DNA of 29,996 nt from assembly GCA_964013405.1 (NCBI GenBank), contig CAXGWI010000028.1:1-29996 (forward strand). Reading direction: 5' to 3'. The notes below the pieces were generated by a model that made no database searches, was not told the DNA's origin, and saw nothing but the letters and a program-made list of their open reading frames with translations. Source of the DNA: an uncultured Myxococcales bacterium. Its GTDB lineage: Bacteria > Myxococcota > UBA4151. The translations under genes were made by a program, and so were the position numbers. Shown piece by piece: positions 25,971 to 29,996 of the stretch (within the stretch, counting starts at the first letter, position 1; the number at the start of each line of letters is the position of its first letter).

Positions 25971-28193
25971 TCAGCGTCGCCGCCCGCGCCGTCGTCTCCG
26001 CTTGCCGCGCTTTTTCTTCTTTTTCGGTGTTGCGGGAGCCGCTTCGGGGGCCGGTGTAGCCGGTGGTGGTGGCGCACAGGTTCCTGCGTTGAGCCCTTCA
26101 TGGGAGAGAAAGAGCCAGGCGTAGAAGTTCGCAGCCTGCGCGCCGTCTTCGTCCTTGCCGCCAAATCGGGCCAAGCCCGCTTTACCCAGCAGGGCCTCCC
26201 TGTTGCCTGGGTCGAGGGCGAGTACTTTGTCGAAGCGTTGTTTGGCTTTCTCCACCCGTTGGGTTTTAGCCTCAGGCTTGAGTCCCTCTTCCTCGACATG
26301 GAAGGTTGTCAGCCATCCTGCCCTCACGAGATCAGCCACTTGATATGGAAAGAGGCTGTGCCCCTGTTCAAGGAGATCTGCGAGCTTGAGGCTGGTCGGA
26401 CTGTTGGTTTCAAGGGCCCGCTGGGGTTTGTAGATCTTCTTTTTGTAGAACTTAAAGATCCGCCCTCTTCTGTTCTTTACCCATTTTTTGAAGGTGGCGT
26501 TTTTAAGCTCCTTGATGGTTTTGGGTGCGGGGGTTGTGGGGGCCAATTTAAGGCCGTTGAGGATGGGGTCTGAGCCCGCGCTTGCACCGATTAACTCCGC
26601 GGCACCGGCCAGGTCACCCTTGCTCGCAAGAAACAGAGCACCCTCCCGAGTTGCAAAGCCTAGGCTTGCTTCGTCAGCGGCCTTGTAGGCGGCTTTCGCG
26701 TTGTCGCACTTATCCTTTGCTCGAGCCCGCTCAAGTCGTGCTTTTGCAAAGAGCATGAGGCCGGCGTCCGCTTTACCGCCGCCGGCAGGGCTCTCTGCCG
26801 ACTTGATGAAGCGTTCCGCAGAGGCGATATCATTCGTATCGATGGCCTGTAGCGCCAGGAAGAGCATCGTATTGCCGCTGCTATCCTCCTTCTTGAGGTC
26901 GCCAAGAAGGCTTTGGTAGATGGGCTCGACCTCCGCCTTTTTGTCCGGCTGATGGGTCGCATTATAGTAATGGATAAACGCCGCCCGCTGCACATATTTG
27001 TGGGCTTTTTGAAACTCACCTTCGGCCTTCACCGCGCTGGTGAGGGTGTTCACTTCGTCGAGCCGCGCTTTGAGGCTCGCATCCACGCGCATATGGGTGG
27101 CGGTCTCCCGCCAGAGCCGATCGGCGAGAAGGAAAGCGGGGACATAGGCAGCCGCTTTCGGGCTTGGGCCGCAAACTTTTGTTTCTTCGCCGGCCTCAAC
27201 GCATTGCTTCATTTTGCCGCACTCGCCCTGGCAGACTGCGGGACCCAGAGCCACCAAAGCCTTCGCCATATTGGCCCGGTCTCCTGAGAGTAATGCGACG
27301 ATACCGTTACTGATGAGCTTCTCGTGGGTGGGGTCCATGGTGACATCGGCACCAAAGCCACCACCTCCACCGCCGCCGGAGAATGCGAAGTAACCACCCC
27401 CGCCGAGAAGGGCGAGGACTGCGAGCATAAGGGGGAGCTTGCTCTTCTTGCCGCCTTCTTCATCGTCAAAATCATCGTCATCGAGATCGTCGTCATCGAG
27501 ATCGTCGTCATCGAGATCGTCGTCATCGTCGTCGGGGCTATCGCCGCCGAGCGAGTTGATCATATCGAAGGGGTCGTCGCCTTCGGCGGCGCCAGCGCTC
27601 GGCTCTTCGGCTGCCTCCGTCAGATCTTCCTCGACCGCATCATCTACCGAAGGAATGTCGGGGATGGGACCTGGACCCTCGTCGAAATCCGCATTGCCGT
27701 CATCGGTTGCGGGAGGAAAGTCATCGGCGAATTCCGGATCAGCAACCAATTGCTCTGCTTCAGCCGCTAGGGCATCGAGGTCTTCATCGGCGCTGTCGGT
27801 GATCGACTCTGGTTCCGGTTCTGGTTCTGGTTCCGGATCTAATGTGTTGGTGGTCGCTGGGGGGGGCTCTTCCGGCGCGGTCGCAGCTTCTAAGGCATCA
27901 AAGGCGTCGGCTGCTTCTGGAATATCGAGGATAGGCATCCATTCAGCATCGTCAAAGCGAACCATACAGCGCCGCGCAAGGCGTCGATCTTGAATCCACT
28001 TAATGAGCGTTGGGACGTCGGGGACGGCGTAGATTTTACCGTTTGTATGGCGGACCTGCATCGGATTGGCGTTCCTGGGAGAGATGGTGAAGATGTATCC
28101 GCACGCATTGCACTGAAAGGGCGTGGGCTCGTTGGTCAACTGGGAGTCATCGACCGCCCAAAGTGTCCCACAGTGATCGCAGCGTACGTCCAA
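25971..28193 (-). CDS. MJ0042-type zinc-ribbon + GYF_2-like domain, acidic linker, single TM, extracytoplasmic TPR-like region
   Basis: MDVRCDHC...FQCNACGYIF; L.KWIQDRRL....V.....W..I..IPE; TM LPLMLAVLALLGGGGYFAF; AKQRFDKVLALDPGNREALLG TPR-like; TTG start with GAGGA upstream. Confidence 0.85.
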   Translation of the reverse strand: MDVRCDHCGTLWAVDDSQLTNEPTPFQCNACGYIFTISPRNANPMQVRHTNGKIYAVPDVPTLIKWIQDRRLARRCMVRFDDAEWMPILDIPEAADAFDALEAATAPEEPPPATTNTLDPEPEPEPEPESITDSADEDLDALAAEAEQLVADPEFADDFPPATDDGNADFDEGPGPIPDIPSVDDAVEEDLTEAAEEPSAGAAEGDDPFDMINSLGGDSPDDDDDDLDDDDLDDDDLDDDDFDDEEGGKKSKLPLMLAVLALLGGGGYFAFSGGGGGGGFGADVTMDPTHEKLISNGIVALLSGDRANMAKALVALGPAVCQGECGKMKQCVEAGEETKVCGPSPKAAAYVPAFLLADRLWRETATHMRVDASLKARLDEVNTLTSAVKAEGEFQKAHKYVQRAAFIHYYNATHQPDKKAEVEPIYQSLLGDLKKEDSSGNTMLFLALQAIDTNDIASAERFIKSAESPAGGGKADAGLMLFAKARLERARAKDKCDNAKAAYKAADEASLGFATREGALFLASKGDLAGAAELIGASAGSDPILNGLKLAPTTPAPKTIKELKNATFKKWVKNRRGRIFKFYKKKIYKPQRALETNSPTSLKLADLLEQGHSLFPYQVADLVRAGWLTTFHVEEEGLKPEAKTQRVEKAKQRFDKVLALDPGNREALLGKAGLARFGGKDEDGAQAANFYAWLFLSHEGLNAGTCAPPPPATPAPEAAPATPKKKKKRGKRRRRRGRRR
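27471..27530. repeat. 15-bp tandem repeat x4 encoding (L/D)DDDD units
   Basis: atcgtcgtcatcgag is exact at 27486 and 27501, near-exact at 27471 and 27516. Confidence 0.9.
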
Positions 28194-28223
28194 AAAAGAC
28201 GTTCCTCGGTGAACGAATCGACC

Positions 28224-29012
28224 CTAGTCAAAGGCCTTATCGAAAGTAAACCCTTGGGCGCGCAAAAGAAGTTGGGCGAATTCGGAAAACCCGGCGCCTT
28301 GGGGAGTCCTTGTGACAAATTCTGGAGGCGTTTCGAGGGCAGGGAAGTCCTGGATGTTTGCGACGCCGACACTGAGCGCGGCCAGGGCAAACATCGGCGC
28401 ATCATTCGGCGAGTCGCCAACGTAAGCAAGATGTTCCGGACCAAGTTGGTAGTGGTCGGCCAGGCACGATGAGAGGGTTGATGCCTTATCCCAAGCGCCT
28501 TTCCAGCCATTGACGTGGATACTACTCACTTTCGCTGTCCAGCCTTCCTTTTCGAAAGCCTTTTTGACGGCTTCAGCGACGGAGAGGGAAAAAGGTCCAA
28601 CCTCTTCGGCAAAATCGATGGCGAGATCGAAACGCCGGCAGAATTGGTCTGAGGCCAGGGCAAGATCAGGAAATTGTTGTAGAAGCCCATCCTCCATCTG
28701 CTTGAGTTCAACCGATGTCGGCGGTGGGGCGACATCGAAGCGATGAATCTCTCGACCTTTTCGCAGGTAGGCGAAGGCTCCATTTTCACCGACGACCCCA
28801 TCGACGGGCCAGGCCCGAGCGATGAGGTCGCACCAGCCCGCCGGCCGCCCGGTCACGGCCAAAAGGACCAAGCCCGCGCTCTGGAGTTGCCATAGAGAGC
28901 GATAGGCATCGGCTGTGACTCGGCCTTCTGTCGTAATGGTGTCGTCAATGTCGAATGCGACAACTCGAACGTCTTTGAGCCGGTCAGCGGCGATGCTCGA
29001 TAGGCTTTTCAC
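28224..29012 (-). CDS. HAD-superfamily hydrolase, subfamily IIB
   Basis: FDIDDTIT motif I, VTGR, GENGA, DKAS, YVGDSPNDAPMF. Confidence 0.92.
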   Translation of the reverse strand: MKSLSSIAADRLKDVRVVAFDIDDTITTEGRVTADAYRSLWQLQSAGLVLLAVTGRPAGWCDLIARAWPVDGVVGENGAFAYLRKGREIHRFDVAPPPTSVELKQMEDGLLQQFPDLALASDQFCRRFDLAIDFAEEVGPFSLSVAEAVKKAFEKEGWTAKVSSIHVNGWKGAWDKASTLSSCLADHYQLGPEHLAYVGDSPNDAPMFALAALSVGVANIQDFPALETPPEFVTRTPQGAGFSEFAQLLLRAQGFTFDKAFD

Positions 29013-29041
29013 GTACTCTGTCCTACCATGGGGCCCAGCAT

Positions 29042-29473
29042 ATGGTTGTTATCCTTTTCACAGCGGGCTTGTTGATGACGCCCGAGCCAGCAAGCCTCGC
29101 GGTCTATCCGGGGGCCCAGCGACTCGCCCATCTCGATGCCGGTGTCGCCTGGCGCCGAACCTACCAGGCGAACGTGCCTCCAAACAAGGTGGCTCTTTGG
29201 TACAGTCAGCTCTGGCGGAAGCCAGTCCAGGTGATTCGCAAACTCACGGTTGTGGGCCTGATTCTTGAGGATCTCAAAGATCCAGATCGGGGCATGAACG
29301 AGAAGATTATGGTGAAGGGGGTCGAACTGCGACCTGGAGCGACTCCTAAAACGACAATTTTTACGCTGGTAAGTGGTCGAATGAGTGAGGGGAAAACCCT
29401 CAAGCCCGTCGACATGAAGGTTCCTGGTCTTCTCAATACGCTACCCTTGGACCTGCCGATCCCTGGGCCATGA
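29042..29473 (+). CDS. Hypothetical exported protein
   Basis: Short hydrophobic N-terminus, VYPGA motif, ATGA overlap with the downstream J-domain gene. Confidence 0.7.
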   Translation: MVVILFTAGLLMTPEPASLAVYPGAQRLAHLDAGVAWRRTYQANVPPNKVALWYSQLWRKPVQVIRKLTVVGLILEDLKDPDRGMNEKIMVKGVELRPGATPKTTIFTLVSGRMSEGKTLKPVDMKVPGLLNTLPLDLPIPGP

Positions 29474-29904
29474 AAGGCTTGTGGCGCAGTTGGCTCTGGT
29501 TCGAGGCCTGGCTGATTGAGGGGTTGTTGCCGGCGCCGGCCCCGGCCCCACCTCCCGTTGACGAGCAGCCGAGGGCGACTCGAAGTCGATCGGGGCGAAG
29601 TGGTGCTTCCTCCCCGGGCTCTGGTGCCTCCTCCCGGGGACGGCGGACTCGTCCCCAGGGAAGCAAGCAGCGTCGGGCGAGCGCCGCCGAAGACCATCTG
29701 CCTTTCGACCTCGTCGCGGCCTATATCAGTATTGGCCTGCCTTACGACGCGACAAAGGCGGTGGTTCGGCAAAGATTGCGTCAGTTGATGAAAGAGGCTC
29801 ACCCCGACCGGCACCCGCCCGAGCGGGCCGAGCGGGCGGCCCGGCGCATGCGGGAACTAAGCAGGGCAAGAGACACACTTCGGCGTTACGGTCGACTCCC
29901 GTAG
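29470..29904 (+). CDS. Small class III J-domain (DnaJ-like) protein
   Basis: C-terminal AY..IGL...AT...V....RQLMKEAHPDR...A..RM.EL..A...L with intact HPD. Confidence 0.85.
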   Translation: MKGLWRSWLWFEAWLIEGLLPAPAPAPPPVDEQPRATRSRSGRSGASSPGSGASSRGRRTRPQGSKQRRASAAEDHLPFDLVAAYISIGLPYDATKAVVRQRLRQLMKEAHPDRHPPERAERAARRMRELSRARDTLRRYGRLP

Positions 29905-29933
29905 TTGACAGGGAGCAGGAGCCTCCCTATCAG
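29905..29933 (+). promoter_or_regulatory. Putative sigma70 promoter of tRNA-Phe
   Basis: TTGACA-N17-TATCAG followed by GC-rich GCGCTCGGC, directly before the tRNA. Confidence 0.7.
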
Positions 29934-29942
29934 GCGCTCGGC

Positions 29943-29996
29943 GCCCAGGTAGCTCAGTCGGTAGAGCAGTGGACTGAAAATCCTCGTGTCGGCGGT
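29943..29996 (+). tRNA. tRNA-Phe(GAA), truncated by the window end
   Basis: GCCCAGG TA GCTC-AGTCGGTA-GAGC A GTGGA-CTGAAAA-TCCTC GTGTC GGCGGT; anticodon GAA at 29976-29978. Confidence 0.95.

Noticed and set aside
27324..27993. Ser-rich and IVVIE-repeat ORFs on the plus strand
   Set aside because: They are alternate-frame readouts of the poly-Asp repeat in the minus-strand gene
29911..29927. GGGAG-N7-CTCCC hairpin as a terminator for the J-domain gene
   Set aside because: Only a 5-bp stem with no U-tract, and it coincides with the tRNA promoter spacer

Overview
GC-rich bacterial chromosome segment from the dnaA/rpmH/parABS region, most likely a Myxococcota/deltaproteobacterial lineage. This is inferred from a bactofilin directly after parB, an MJ0042 zinc-ribbon/GYF_2 membrane protein, a stand-alone GspE-N/MshEN-like protein, a pseudo-receiver protein and an astA-astD pair. 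About 32 CDS, a partial tRNA-Phe(GAA), two perfect parS sites, three similar sigma70-type promoters and one terminator are supported. The usual origin synteny is broken: no dnaN/recF/gyrB after dnaA, no yidD/jag/mnmE/mnmG, and no perfect DnaA box was found by eye. Instead dnaA converges on an unknown 87-aa gene, which is divergent from an Xis/BldC-like HTH gene. That HTH gene heads a tightly coupled run HTH-astA-astD-lon-dtd-[2x parS]-rsmG-parA-parB-bactofilin, the best candidate here for an undescribed system. No mobile element, CRISPR array or rRNA was seen. All family calls come from motif recognition, not database searches.
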